A stretch of 64,000 nt of DNA from the human T2T-CHM13v2.0 reference genome, Homo sapiens. Shown here in pieces: positions 47,244-59,646 of the stretch. The stretch lies in assembly GCF_009914755.1 (NCBI RefSeq), contig NC_060939.1. The stretch is one strand, 5' to 3'. Below the pieces are notes generated by a model, which saw nothing but the letters and a program-made list of their open reading frames with translations, did no database searches and was not told the origin of the DNA. Made by a program: the position numbers and the translations under genes. The first letter of the stretch is position 1. Every line of letters starts with the position of its first letter.

Positions 47244-50035
47244 TCAGTGACACTCAGAGAGAAGCAAGAGGCTGTTTTAGCAAAAGGAGCAGCTCACCCC
47301 ACACCACCCCAGGCTCAGGCTAGGCTGCCCCATCCTCCCTGAGGGTCAGCTGTGGCTTGAGATGGGCTGTCAGGGAGACATTCCACAGACCATGACCAAA
47401 GAGCAGGGGAGGTACAGACATGACTCAGGTGCCTGGAAGGCAGGAGGCCCAGGCTCCGGCCCCAGCTTTGTCATCAACATGCTATGTGACATCCGGAAGG
47501 GCCTCCCTATTCTGGGCCTCAGTTTCCTCACTGTGTAATGAGTCCTATCATTCTGATCTGGCCCTCTCCCAAACTGGTTCTCTGGCATCCACCTTTAGTC
47601 CATCCCCTATAATCAGAAAATGTCTGACCATCTCCTTCCCTCAGAGGTTTGCATCCTAACATGGGGGTGTGGAGGGGGAGAGATAGCTTCAAAACAAGAA
47701 TAATTAATGGGGGGATTTCAGGCACCAGTGAGATACCACTCAATGTGATAGAAAGAGACCAGCCCAGGGCTTCCAGAATCATTTCTCCTAAGGCCTCAGG
47801 CACCTTCAAGTCGTTTGTAGAGGGAGCCTCAGGGCAAAGCCTTGGAGAAGTTGAGCAGCATGAGGAGGAGGCACAACACCAACTCACAGGTCTGTGGTGG
47901 GTTTCTCCCAACTCACCAAGCAGGGGGCCTTCTGGAGTGTGGAAACAACACAGGTGGCCAAGACCCCAATCCAGAAGGCATGGCCAGTTATTCCCAGGGA
48001 CCCTGCCCAAGCACCAGCCATCCCAGGGCTGGCCCCAAGACCAAAAACTTGCACTGCAGAGCTGTTTCCCTCTGCTATTAATTTAGACATTTACACAATA
48101 ACAGATAAAGGTATTAAGTGAGGCAGAAATAAGCATGTCTTCTCCCAGGAGAAATAACCTTTCCACCATCTTTGATTCTTTACTGCAGGGAAGCCAGGAG
48201 GAAGGAAGTGGGAAAGAAAGAGATAAGCTTTCCTCGAGTCTTCAGAGGGTCTCACTGTAAACCAAAGTGCCCCTGCCTGCAGAGTTCCAGGTTGCAAAGA
48301 AATTACTTCATAGCAAATTGTTTGTTTGTTTGCCAGACTCAAAATGGGGCTGTGATTCAAGGAGAGGGTAGGGCCTGTTTTGCTGAAGGTGGGTGAGATG
48401 GCTGTCCTACATCACACTGTGTGGCAAAGGGCAGTTTCCAGAGAGTCAGCTTTCTGCAGCTCCTTTGAAAGCCAAGCTCTTCAGGGCCTCAAGACAGGGC
48501 CTTATGGGGGATAAGGCCGGATGCCAAGAGGCCAACTTCAGCTCCTCTCTACCCCATGACCCATCACTCCTTCCTGTGGCCCCAGTACCCATATGCCAGC
48601 TGAGAGAACCCAACTAAGGCCTGAGGACCCATCCTCAGCTTCACACTTTACTACAAAGAATGCAGCACACCTGCTAATGAGTCATGGGCCCCAGGAGGAT
48701 GGTTTCAGCATCTATGGGGTGCCCTAGAGCCGTGCATGCTCTACCCAGCCACATAGACCTCACTCAAAGACAGCTGTGTACACTCATTAGATGCCACACG
48801 CAGGTATCCCCATTCACACACACAGTGCACAAACACCCCTCTATACACTCTGCTGTCATCCCTCTTCATTTAATCTCCTGGGAAAAACAAAAGAAAACAA
48901 ATTTTTTAACTGTGCATAGAAAGGCCACTGAGGGCTATGTGGCCCTCTGTACATAAAGCTAATAATACACCCAGGCTGGAGGAGTTTCTAAAATTAACAG
49001 AGCGGGTGCAAGGCGGCTGGGAATGCTGACTCGGGCGGGCCTGCCACTCCAACGGGTTTCTACACTCTCCCCAGCTCTAGTTCCCTCAATTACAGTCCAA
49101 ATTTGAGAGAGTAATTAACAGGAGAATGTTTGCATTTTGTGGTCTTCATAAAACCAAATTGCATAAGGCAAAAACACCCATTTCCTCGCACTCTGACTAA
49201 TGGTTTCAATCTTGAGCTTCCAGATGCTCAGGGATATTTCCAGCACTCGATCTGGGCTGGGGTCGGGATCCTGGATCATTCTTTCCCACAAACCACTACC
49301 CTGGAACATCACAGAGCTGCTGGAGAGACAGTATAATATGGTGGGAGGAGGGATGGGCCTGAAGTCAGGGTTCGATTCCTGCTCCATGGTTTACTAGCAA
49401 GTCACTTTACCATGCCACACCTCAGTTTTGTTATCTGCTCAATGAGGATAACCACAGTACCTGACTAGCAGCACTGTCATAAGGAGGAAATCAATTGATT
49501 TCTGTCAAATGCTCTGACCTATGCCCAGCTACATTATGAAATGAGTAAATAAATCATCAAAATCAATAAATTTGCAGGAAAGAGGTAAGAGGGAGGATCA
49601 AATCTCCCAGAGAAGAGCCAAAGCAAAACATCTGCTGGGAGTGGGATCACAGAGGAGCCTGTAATAGACCCAGGAAAGCCAGTAGCAGGAGGTCCCTCCA
49701 GCAATCAGATGACAGACCTATTTGCCTCAGTACACAGATGCCCTCACCTCCAGAGACTCATGGTCTGGTCAGAGCGCAAGGCTTGGATAGAAGGCAATTG
49801 GCAATGGTGTAAGAAACCATCCCTATGAGCCCAGGTATCCGTAAAAAGCCCAGGTATCCATAAAAATGGGATCCCGGTGGCCTAGAAGGGTGAGGCCGGG
49901 AAACTGCTTCTGGAGGAGGTGAGAGGAGTTGGGTTTTGGGAACTGCCGTTGGCTTCTGGACTACCTTTCCTTACTCCTTGCCAGATGCTTGCACAGGTCT
50001 CCGAAAGCCAGGCCCTGCCAGAGCTAGATATGACG

Positions 50036-50056
50036 TTCAGCACCACGGACAGCGCC
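50036..50056 (+). promoter_or_regulatory. RE1/NRSE (REST/NRSF site) in HCN4 intron 1
   Basis: TTCAGCACCACGGACAGCGCC is the full 21-bp consensus; REST repression of HCN4 through an intronic NRSE is established. Confidence 0.93.
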
Positions 50057-52419
50057 CAGCACACCTGCCAGCCCCGTTCAGTGGGTTTAGCCAGGGGAAG
50101 GTGGCAACAGCTTCTACACTGGCATCCTCAGCTTGCTGGCCCCTCTTCATTTCCAATCCTGCTGGTCGAAGCATCTCAAGTGATGCCTTAATATCTCTGA
50201 GCATTTTTACTGGGGCTCCTTGGTGACTGAAAAGTCTTTATTCATAAAGACCCCAAAACACTTCACATGTATAGAGAACTTACTTGGGTTTTCCATGCAT
50301 TACTTCATTTATCCCTCACACTAGCACTGTGGCTGCTGTTATTTTACAGATGATGATCTTGAGGCTGACAGAGAAGTGTCTGCCCTAGACTACACAGCTA
50401 GTGAGGGACAGACACAAGATTAGGAGAAGTCTCTGGGACTCCAGAGTTTGAGTTCTTGGGGTTGTGGGTACCCTAGAGGGATGTGGGAGGCAGATATGCC
50501 TTTCTGACACCTTTACATCACAGTGGAAAGGCAGCCTACCACAGCAGGTGTGGCCCCTGCCCCAGAGAAAGAAGAGAAGACTGCAAAGAGGATTTGGGGG
50601 GCCCATGCTCCTGATGCTAGGGCTGTCTGAGGTAGAGGAAGTAGCACACCTCTCAAGTGCTGAAGGCACCCTGGCCATCAGCAATCACTCGGTCACGGTC
50701 ACACATGTCCTATAGAAGGGAAAACGAAGGCTCACAAAGGAAGGAAGAGTAACATTTCCGAAGCCTCAAGCTGGATGCCCAATGCTCCCTTATCATCTGG
50801 CCACCCCGAGAATCACTCATGAATAAATCTCACAATCCAGGGTGTGAATCCAGGGTGGTGGGTGTAATGCCCTGACAGGAAAGCAAGGGGCAGTCAGGCT
50901 CAGATATCCTGGAGTTGGCACGTGCCTGAATTAGGGGCCCTAGTCTCTCCAAATCCAGAGGATCCTCCTCCAGCCCAGTGCCCTTTAAGTTAACAGGAGT
51001 CCTGGCCAGCAAGACACCAACTGGGCTCTGGGAGCCCCAGCAGCCCCAGGCTTCCAGACCTGTCTTATCTCAATCCTTACTTCCTACCTGGACCAATGGG
51101 TCCACCCAGGCAGGCAGGTGGCCTCTCAGCAGGAAGAGGCAACTTATAGGCTGACACTGGAGGGGCAGGTCCCATATGCAGAAAGAATGGGGGATGGTAA
51201 AAAGCCAAGCAGCCCATTACACCGATATCTGGAAATTTCATGTTTTGGTGTGAGAGGAAGTTCATAGCCTCAAGGGAGCTGAGGAAGACATGACAGGAGG
51301 TGGCTGATACTGAACTCGGGGACTCAAGGACAAGACTAAGGGCCCTCTCCTTCCCTGGAGGCCAAAGAGGATGGGAAGGGTGACAGAATGAAAGTAGGAA
51401 AAGTGGAGGTCCCAGCTAGGGATGACCTCCTTCAGCCTCTTCTTGTCCACACACACCCACGCTTGCCTTTGAGGACATATGCACATATATACACGCATGC
51501 ACATGTGCACATGCACAGACACGAACATGCGTGCACACACGCACACACACATGCACACCCACATGCAATACCATGAATACATTTTTTGTAAACACGCTCT
51601 TGCCTTTTGCCCTCCTACATGCATCCATTTTTACACATGCATACTTTCTTGCATACATTTTGGCACAAATGATATCCACTGGGAATCCTGTCAGCTGGAA
51701 GAAGAATGTCATTGTTTTGTCATTAAAATATTTTCCACCTTTCAAGCTAGCTCTTCAACTCTGACCACTGAAGCCTCTGCACAGCCTGAGTCTTGGTTTT
51801 AGCTCCTAAAACACCATGGGTTCATGGAGGACAGGGACCTTGTCTCAGACACCCATGTCCCTGCAGTGCTGACTGTAGCCCGTGGGTCTCCACGCTTTCT
51901 CCCAGGTGAGCAGCACACTCAGTGCCCCATCTGTTACCCTCTCCAACTTTGCAGACAGCTCCCACTCAGTGCCACTCCCAGCACCAGACCTGCATTCTTA
52001 CCTGCCTGCAAAATGCATCCACCTGGAGGGCCTGCTGTCTCCTACAGCCAACGACTCCAGAGCTGAACTCAGCATCATCCTCCTCAAAGCTGAATGGCAC
52101 AGTTTGCATTTCAATAATCTAGGCTCAAAACCTCCCAGCCATCCCTTACTGCTGCCTCTTACCTCCCACCCACCCCTACAGCAACACCCCCAGCAGTCAC
52201 CATGTCTAGTCTAGCTGCTTCCATGATGGCTTCTGCATCTGTCTCTCAGCTGGACCCTTGCCCCACCTCCTTCCTGGTCTCCAGCCTCCATTCTCATTCT
52301 CTCCAACTCATATGCCCTCTGGGTTATCTTTCCCATTCCCTTGGTTTTCCAGACCCAGCAAAGATCCTGACACTGAAAACAGTGAGAATGGAGGAGGATG
52401 GCAGTCAATACTTTTTGGA

Positions 52420-52640
52420 CACTTACCATTTGCCAGGCACTAATCTGAGTACCTTATCTGGACTACTTTATTTAATCTTCATTAAAAAAAAACCCCTATG
52501 AGGTAGATACTATGATTATGCCCATTTTACAGATGAGGAGACTGAGGTACAAGGAGTTGAGAGATTTGCCATATATGGTGGGCCAAGTATTCAAACCCAA
52601 AGAGTCTGACTCCAGAGGCCTGCTTTCTAACCACTCCACA
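52420..52640. mobile_element. MIR
   Basis: CCCATTTTACAGATGAGGAGACTGAGG core. Confidence 0.8.
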
Positions 52641-52799
52641 GAAATATCAATCTGGCTGGTGGTATTTTATTACTCCCAAACTCTGTCCCTCCCCAAGCTC
52701 CTTGTCTCCCTCCCAGCTCTCTCTCCTGTGCTCTCTTCCATGGCACCTGCATCCTTAACTTCTTCACTCCCAGACCCCACTGCCTCCCCGCTTAAGTGA

Positions 52800-55300
52800 A
52801 CCCTAGTTGTGTCCTAAGGACATCACTCTTCCAAATCCCTCATGCCTCAGAATCAGGGGTGAGTCAGCATCCTCCCCTCTCCCTACTGCTGCTACCTCCT
52901 GCCTGTGGCAGAAACGTCTACAAGATCTTTTGGGTATCCTTGTCATTTGCTGGCCATCCTTCCAGCACCCATCTGCCATCCTCAAGGACTTTGGCAATGC
53001 TGGCACCTGGTTCACAACCTCCCGTTCCACTCCAAATCCTGTGATTGTCCTGGGTGACTTCTACTCCATATCATTGACCCAGACAACACCTTGGCCTCTT
53101 GGTAGCTTGCCACCCTGACTCTAACAATCCCACCTCAATGGTCCATTCCAAAGCACACACTTGACCACGTCACCACCTCCGGTGCTGCATCTCTGCAGTC
53201 CTCTTGTACACCCTGCCCTTCTTTCCTGCCGGCTCTTCTATTCAGTTGTGCTGCACCTGTTTTTCAGAGTCCTGGGAATATCCAGTCTGCTGACTCCTCT
53301 GATCCTCTCATCAGAACCCTCCTACATCCTCCCAACCACCCTTCACCCCAGACACGATGGTCCAGCTCATTCGCCTCTCTAAAACCAACGCCTTTAACTC
53401 CCATGCCCCTCCTCCTGGCACCGTCATGAAATCCCAGCCCCAGGCAAGGACCACCATCAACCCTTTTCATGTTCACATGGGAGCTGTGTAGAGAATCCCA
53501 CAACCTCAGACCAGTCCTACTAAATATCCAAGTTTCTTAGCTCCTCATGCCTCAATGTCATCATCATGGCCTCATTCACAGCCCTCATCTCTGTCCCCTG
53601 ATCCTTCCAGGAGAACCTAGTAAACTTTCCTGCCCATTCCCCATAGCTGCTATTTCAAATTAATTCCTCTCTCCTCAAAGCTCTGAAACCACCACTTTTT
53701 CTCTCAGAGTCAGCAGATAACACCACTTTCTACGTCACAGAGAAAAGCAAAGCCGCCAGTGTCCCCTTCCTCTTTCTGCCACCTTGAAGCATCTCCCCAA
53801 TCCCATCTCCTCTTCCCAGTCACAGGGGAATCAGCGGCTCTTCTACCTGCCCTTTTGATACCATCCCCATTTTCCTCCCCAGGGACCTTAATCTACAGAA
53901 GATTCCCTCTCTCTCTTCCATCTGTCTCTCTCCACTGATCCTTTCCCATCAGCTTTTCCTTTTAAGCTCTCTAAACTTAAAAAAAAATCCCTCCCTGAAC
54001 CCCTGCTGTCTTATCTCTTACCAAGCTCCTTGAAGGAGGTGTCACCGTCCCCACACTCTCGCTTTCGTGCCCCTCACCCAGCGCTCCTCTCCACTCCACT
54101 TGATCTTAGCCAAAAGGCCGAGAAGCGATGCTGCTCTCCACTCCTCAGCACGTCACCAATATGCATCCTGCTGCTAAATCCAATGGTCACTTTCCAGTCC
54201 ATTTCCTCCCTGGCCTTTAGCATCATCTGGTCCTGTAGACCATTCTTACCTGCAGACAGTCTCCTCCTTGGCTTCCAAGGTGGCCCACTCCACTGACTTT
54301 TCTCTGTTCTCACTGCCTCTCCTTTCCCTTCCCTTGAACGGCCTCCTTTCCCTCGGCATGACCTTTCCATGTTTTTGCTCCTTGGGGCCCTCATCTCTTC
54401 CCGCTCTGTGCACTCTTTCCAGGTGATTTCACTGACTCCCATGGCCTTGTTATTCTGCTGCCTTGTAAACCATACCCCTCTCTTGAACTGTAAACCCATG
54501 CATCCACTTGCTGACTACATGTCTACAACTGGATGTCCCACGGGAACCTCACCCTTGCCATATTCAGACAGAGCTTCACAGCTTCCTCCACACTCTTGTG
54601 CTCCCAGAAAATGGTACCACCAGGCATCCAAAAGTATATCCCAGAAACCTCAGAGCTATCCTCAACTCTTCTATCTCCCTTGCCTTCCAACACTTCATCA
54701 CACTGGATCCAACGTGTCCCATCAACCCACCATGGGGACTACTCCAACAGCTTCCCAGCTGAGCTCCTGGCCAGTCCAGGACCTCACATACCTCAGGGTC
54801 AGGGCTGGGGCCAGCACCCTCCTCCAATCGACTCTCCACACTTTGCTAAGCCCCAAATCCTTCTGCGCTTCCCATCACCTCTTAAGTGAAATCCAAATTC
54901 CTCACTGTTGTCCCCAAGGCCTTTCCTGGCCTGGACTCTGCCTCCTTCTCCTGCCTTGATGCTCCCCATTCCTCTCCTTGCACACTCTGCTGCAGACAGA
55001 CTCAGCAGCCTTCGGTGTCCCCAACGCATGGTGCTTTCTTTGCCTCTGGGCTTTCCCACATGCTGTCATCTCTGCCTGGAACTCTTCTCCCCACTTGTAC
55101 CCACCTACCCCCCTTGGTTCACAGGAGGCATCACTTCTCCTGGGAAGCCTTCTTTGTATCCTAGGAAATCTGGTTAACTGCCCCTCACAGGCGCTGCCCT
55201 GGCATAGTACTTATCATGTTATAAGAAACTGTGTGTGTGACAGTCTAACTTGCCATCACTGACTCTCTGAAGTCGGCGCAGTACCTTTTATACGGTAGGT
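52800..55300. mobile_element. Long diverged L2
   Basis: Pyrimidine-rich; GTCCTGGGTGACTT (GDF), CTCCTTGGCTTCC, TCTGCCTGGAACTCTT L2 motifs. Confidence 0.6.
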
Positions 55301-56122
55301 CCTCATAAATACGTGAATGGGTGGAAACATACGAATGAGTGGATGGGGGATGGGTGAACAGATGAGTGCATGCCATGCATGCCTCAGGAGTGCGTGCCAA
55401 AGGCTGAGTGGCAGGGAGCCCAGCAGAAGCCACATGATGCGGGCAGCCCTCAGAAACAGACTCCTTCCCACCAGGCTTCCACAAGCCTCCGACAATCAGG
55501 GAAGAACTTAGCACATCCAAACCCCCAAGACTCACAGCAACAGCCCTCGGCAGGTGGTCCCACCCAGTGCTGAGGATCATGGTGGAAAAGTGACAGAAAA
55601 AGAGCGGAGACATTGAAAGTGGGGGAGAAGGCAGGTGAACAGACATGGGACAGAAGAAACAGGGGGCCTGGGGTCTCTGACAGGATGGGATGAGAGAGAG
55701 CTGGTCGGGGGACCTTGTGGCTAAAGACTGCCAACCAGGGCCCTGACTGTGTTTCCAGCCTGAGCTGTGCAGGCGGTGGGAGCAGAACCAACCACCCATA
55801 ATAAGCCTCTCATTATGGGCACACCCCCTTGGCCCTCCTCTACCCCACCTCCACCACAGGGGATTTTAGAAGTTCTCCCTTCTTCCCAAATAGGCCTAGC
55901 AGTGAGACTCAGGAGCCCTGAGGAGGGGATGAAGGAGGCAACTCCACTGCTCTCCCGGAATCCCCTCCATTCCCCAACCAGACAGACCCAGGAGGAGTCT
56001 TAGGGCTTCCCCTACTGTGAGCTCCCCAAGGGCAGAAATGATTTCTCTTCCTTTTCCAAGATGGGAACACACAGTTGGGCAAGGGATGGGGAGGAATCTC
56101 AGTAACATTATCTTATTGTTAA

Positions 56123-56192
56123 ATGGATGGATGGACAGATGGATGGATGGATGGATGGATGGATGGATGGATGGATGGATGGACGGACGGAC
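56123..56192 (+). repeat. (GGAT)n/(GGAC)n microsatellite
   Basis: Direct reading. Confidence 0.95.
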
Positions 56193-57074
56193 GGGAGACT
56201 GTTGCCAGAAGAAGAAAAGACTGCCAAAGATAAAACAAAAAAAGAATTCACTAAATCATTAACATTGATGATTTCTAAGGGTGGGAATATATCGTGACTC
56301 TGAGTTTCTCCATTTCACCTTTCTACATTTTCCACCTTCCCCAAAACAGGCAGATGTTACCTTTATAATCAGAAACATTCATCTACCTTTAAACAATGGC
56401 CAGCGCCCTGTGCTGTAAGGGGTCCTCTAACATGTGTCAGGGGAAAGACACGATCCTGGTCCCCAGATGGCTCCTAAGTGGTCAGCAGAAATATGTGGCA
56501 AAGTCATTGCCGTGCCCGGGAGGTCAGGATGAGAAGATGTTTTGGAGATCAATGATGAAGGTGGAGAGAGGGTGGTTGTCTGAAGAGCAGGTGTAATAGG
56601 CAAAGGAGGATAGCTTAACATCACACGCATGTCAGTCCATGACACAGACACGTGACACGCATGAGGATGCCTTTCCTGCCTCCCCTCCTCACACCTTGAT
56701 AACTGTCTGAAAGCACCTATTACTCCCCCTCCACACCCCCTATCTGTCTAGCTCCTCTTTACCATTCTCTGAGGCAGAGCCACTGTCACCACCTTCACCA
56801 TCCCATACCCTAGAAGGAGCTGCCTCTCTGGTGGTGGGGGAGTGTTTTGTCCCAGGGTGAGCAGGAGTCCTCCCTGCCTGTGTCCTGGGGCTGGCATCTT
56901 AGCCTCCCCCTGTACCCTCAGGGTTGAAATCACCTCCCACAGCCTTCTTGAGCCAGGCTGGGTGCTCAGCTCAGGTCTCTGGAGGGAAATATAGCCCCAC
57001 CCACTGCCCAACCTTCCTGCCCAACCTCCCCTCACTGTTGTTCTTCCCTGACCCCAGGGTCTCCCCACCACAAT

Positions 57075-57153
57075 AGATAAATTGCTGTCTTCCTCCCACC
57101 CCCGCCTGGCCACTAGGGCTCTATTTTTAACCCACCTCAAAAACTCTGACTCA
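57075..57153. promoter_or_regulatory. Cardiac enhancer module GATA + MEF2 + AP-1 in HCN4 intron 1
   Basis: AGATAA 57075-57080, CTATTTTTAA 57121-57130, TGACTCA 57147-57153; fits the described MEF2/AP-1 intron-1 enhancer of Hcn4. Confidence 0.7.
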
Positions 57154-57529
57154 GAATCACAGGGCTCCCAGGTAAGCTGCTCCCTTGCCTGCCTAGGGCT
57201 GCCTCAGACACAGTCCGATTTAGAGCCAAGGGCATCTGGGGCTTGGTTTACAGGCGGGTTGTTTGGATTTGGGTGTACATTTATTTTCCAATTTTTCTAT
57301 GTTTATCAATATTTGAGGAACAAAGTTTGTTTCGTTTTGTTTTTCTTAAAACCCAATGATGACCCTTTACCCCTGCCTCTTCTAAGGTACCTCCCCATCC
57401 TGGGCTGAGGTCCTGCCTGTCATGATGCAATGAGAGCTGGCCTCAGCCTCTCCCCAAGAAGGTGAGCTGTGTGAGGGCAACAGCTAACCCAGTCTTCTCT
57501 TCTTGGCCTGTGATCCTTCAGCCATACAG

Positions 57530-57700
57530 CACGGCGCCCCTCACACAGGAATGTGCACACACATCACCTGGGGACTTTCTGAGCTGCAGACCTGGTGGAC
57601 TTCAGTCGGCTGTGGGGTGGGGCCAACATCTGCACTGTTAACAAGCACCCAGGTGATGCTGAGACTGCTGGTGCAGGGACCACATTTCTGTGTGGCCAGG
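57530..57700. mobile_element. MER5A-like hAT element
   Basis: CATCACCTGGGG...AACAAGCACCCAGGTGATGCTGA...GGACCACA. Confidence 0.65.
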
Positions 57701-57896
57701 CTATTGTAGATGTACGGTGGCTAGGTGCTCTGCTGTGAGGCCTTGGGCAAATCACTTAACCTCTCTGAGCCTGTTTTCTAATGTGCAGGATGAGAACATT
57801 AATCCCCACCTCACAGGAGTCTAGGAAGACCAAATGAGATAATATTTACAATATGCTATATGGCATAAATACTCAATTCAAGTGGGCCATTATCCC

Positions 57897-57935
57897 CATC
57901 ATCATCATCCCCATCATCATCATCATCATCATCAT
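57897..57935 (+). repeat. (CAT)n microsatellite
   Basis: Direct reading. Confidence 0.92.
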
Positions 57936-59309
57936 TCTATGGCCATTAAGATGCAGGTCCTGGCCTGAGAGCTAGGAGGATCCTGAGGGACACAAATGGT
58001 CCCACCTCAAGAAGCCCTCAATATAGAGGATGGACAGACCCACCCCACAGCGGAGCTGAAAATCCAGGCCAGCTCCATGGGCAGATGGGGCCATGAGCCA
58101 AGGGAAGGGAGTAAGAGGGTTGATGCAGAATCTCTGACTCTGTATCCCTCAGGCTGGGGATGGCCAGAGGGGAGGAGAAATTCAGCCAGGCTTGCTCCAG
58201 AAAGGAGCAGGGGGCAGCATGCCCTGTTGGGTACTAAAGCCTCAAAGAGGATGCAGGCGCCCAAGTAGGTCCGCTGGTCAGGAGACAGCACTGTGGCTAG
58301 AGGCCAGGGGTTACAGGAAGGAGGCCCATGCTATGCGATGGAAGGTGTCTGGGTCAGGGGCCTGAGATTCTCAAGTTCTAGTCCCGTCCCTGTCTCTAAC
58401 TTGCTATGTGACCTTGAATAAGTCCCTTCCTCTCACTGTCTCTTCCTCAGTTTCCCCATTGGCACAACACGAGGATGGAGCTAGACATCTCTAAAGATAT
58501 GCTGAGTTCCATGAATCTCTGCAGTGCAGAGGCTAAAGAGGTCAGCCAAGGGCAGCTGGCCAGATTGACAGCTCACTCACGGAAGAACGCGCACCTCAGG
58601 GAACCCTGACACCTCAGCTCCCAGCTCTGAAGAGAATGTGGAAGACATCCTGAACGCCAGCTTGAGAACTCAGGGCTCTTCCAGGGTACATGAGGGGCTG
58701 GGAAAGTTATAGAGGAAGAGAATTCCTTGAGAAAGGGACTGCAACCGCACCTTCTCAACAGCACAGTGAGAACAGGCCTGGGCAAAAGAAACACTTTGAG
58801 ATGAAAACCCATTGTTTATCTGATGGGCTAATTCCTCCTCTGCAGACCCTATGTTGCATATGCAGAAACACACCAGTGAATATGTACATGCGCACACACA
58901 CACACACACACACCGCCAAACTGCACAGCAGGGGACATCTGCTTCACAGTGCTCCAAGTTGCCCAGATGCATGTTCCCTCAGGCCAGGGCCTAACCTCTC
59001 TGTGCTTCACCCAGTGGACAAGACCACTGGGGAAGATGGGGGAGGTAACAAGCAGTTGGAGAACCTCTCAGTCAAGCTTACAAGAATCAAAGAAGGCTCC
59101 AACACCACTCCCCCAGGAACCTTCTGTCCTCCCACTCAGGAGATTGGAGCAAAAATAGAACATTGTTGTGGAGTAGCACGGGAGCACACCCTCTGGGGAA
59201 ATTAGGTGGGAGAGCTCACCTGCTCACACAGGAAGGCACTGCCAGCAGCGGGAGGAAACAGGCTTGAGGGGCAACATGAAGCACTGGAAATGGATTTGGG
59301 GCAGAACGT

Positions 59310-59493
59310 CTTTGTTTTTTGCTTTTTTTTTTTTTTTGAGATAGGGTCTCACTCTGTAGCCCAGGCTGGAGTGTGGTGGTGCAATCTTGGCTCACTGCAG
59401 CCTCGACCTCCCTGGGCTCAAGCCACGCTCCTGCTTGAGTCTCTGGAGTGGCTGGGACTACAGGCACACACTACCATGCCCAGCTAATTTTTC

Positions 59494-59524
<31 letters not shown>

Positions 59525-59646
59525 TTGTAGAGGTAGGGTCTCTCCATGTTGCCCAGGCTGGTCTTTAACTCCTGGGCTCGAGTGATCCTCCTGCCTCAGC
59601 CTCCAAAAATGCTGGGATTACAGGAGTGAGCCACAGTGCCTGACCC
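59310..59646 (-). mobile_element. Alu (AluJ-like) with expanded central T tract
   Basis: TSD GGGGCAGAAC. Confidence 0.9.

Noticed and set aside
49829-49866. 19-bp tandem duplication GCCCAGGTATCCRTAAAAA
   Set aside because: Ordinary slippage duplication with no further structure
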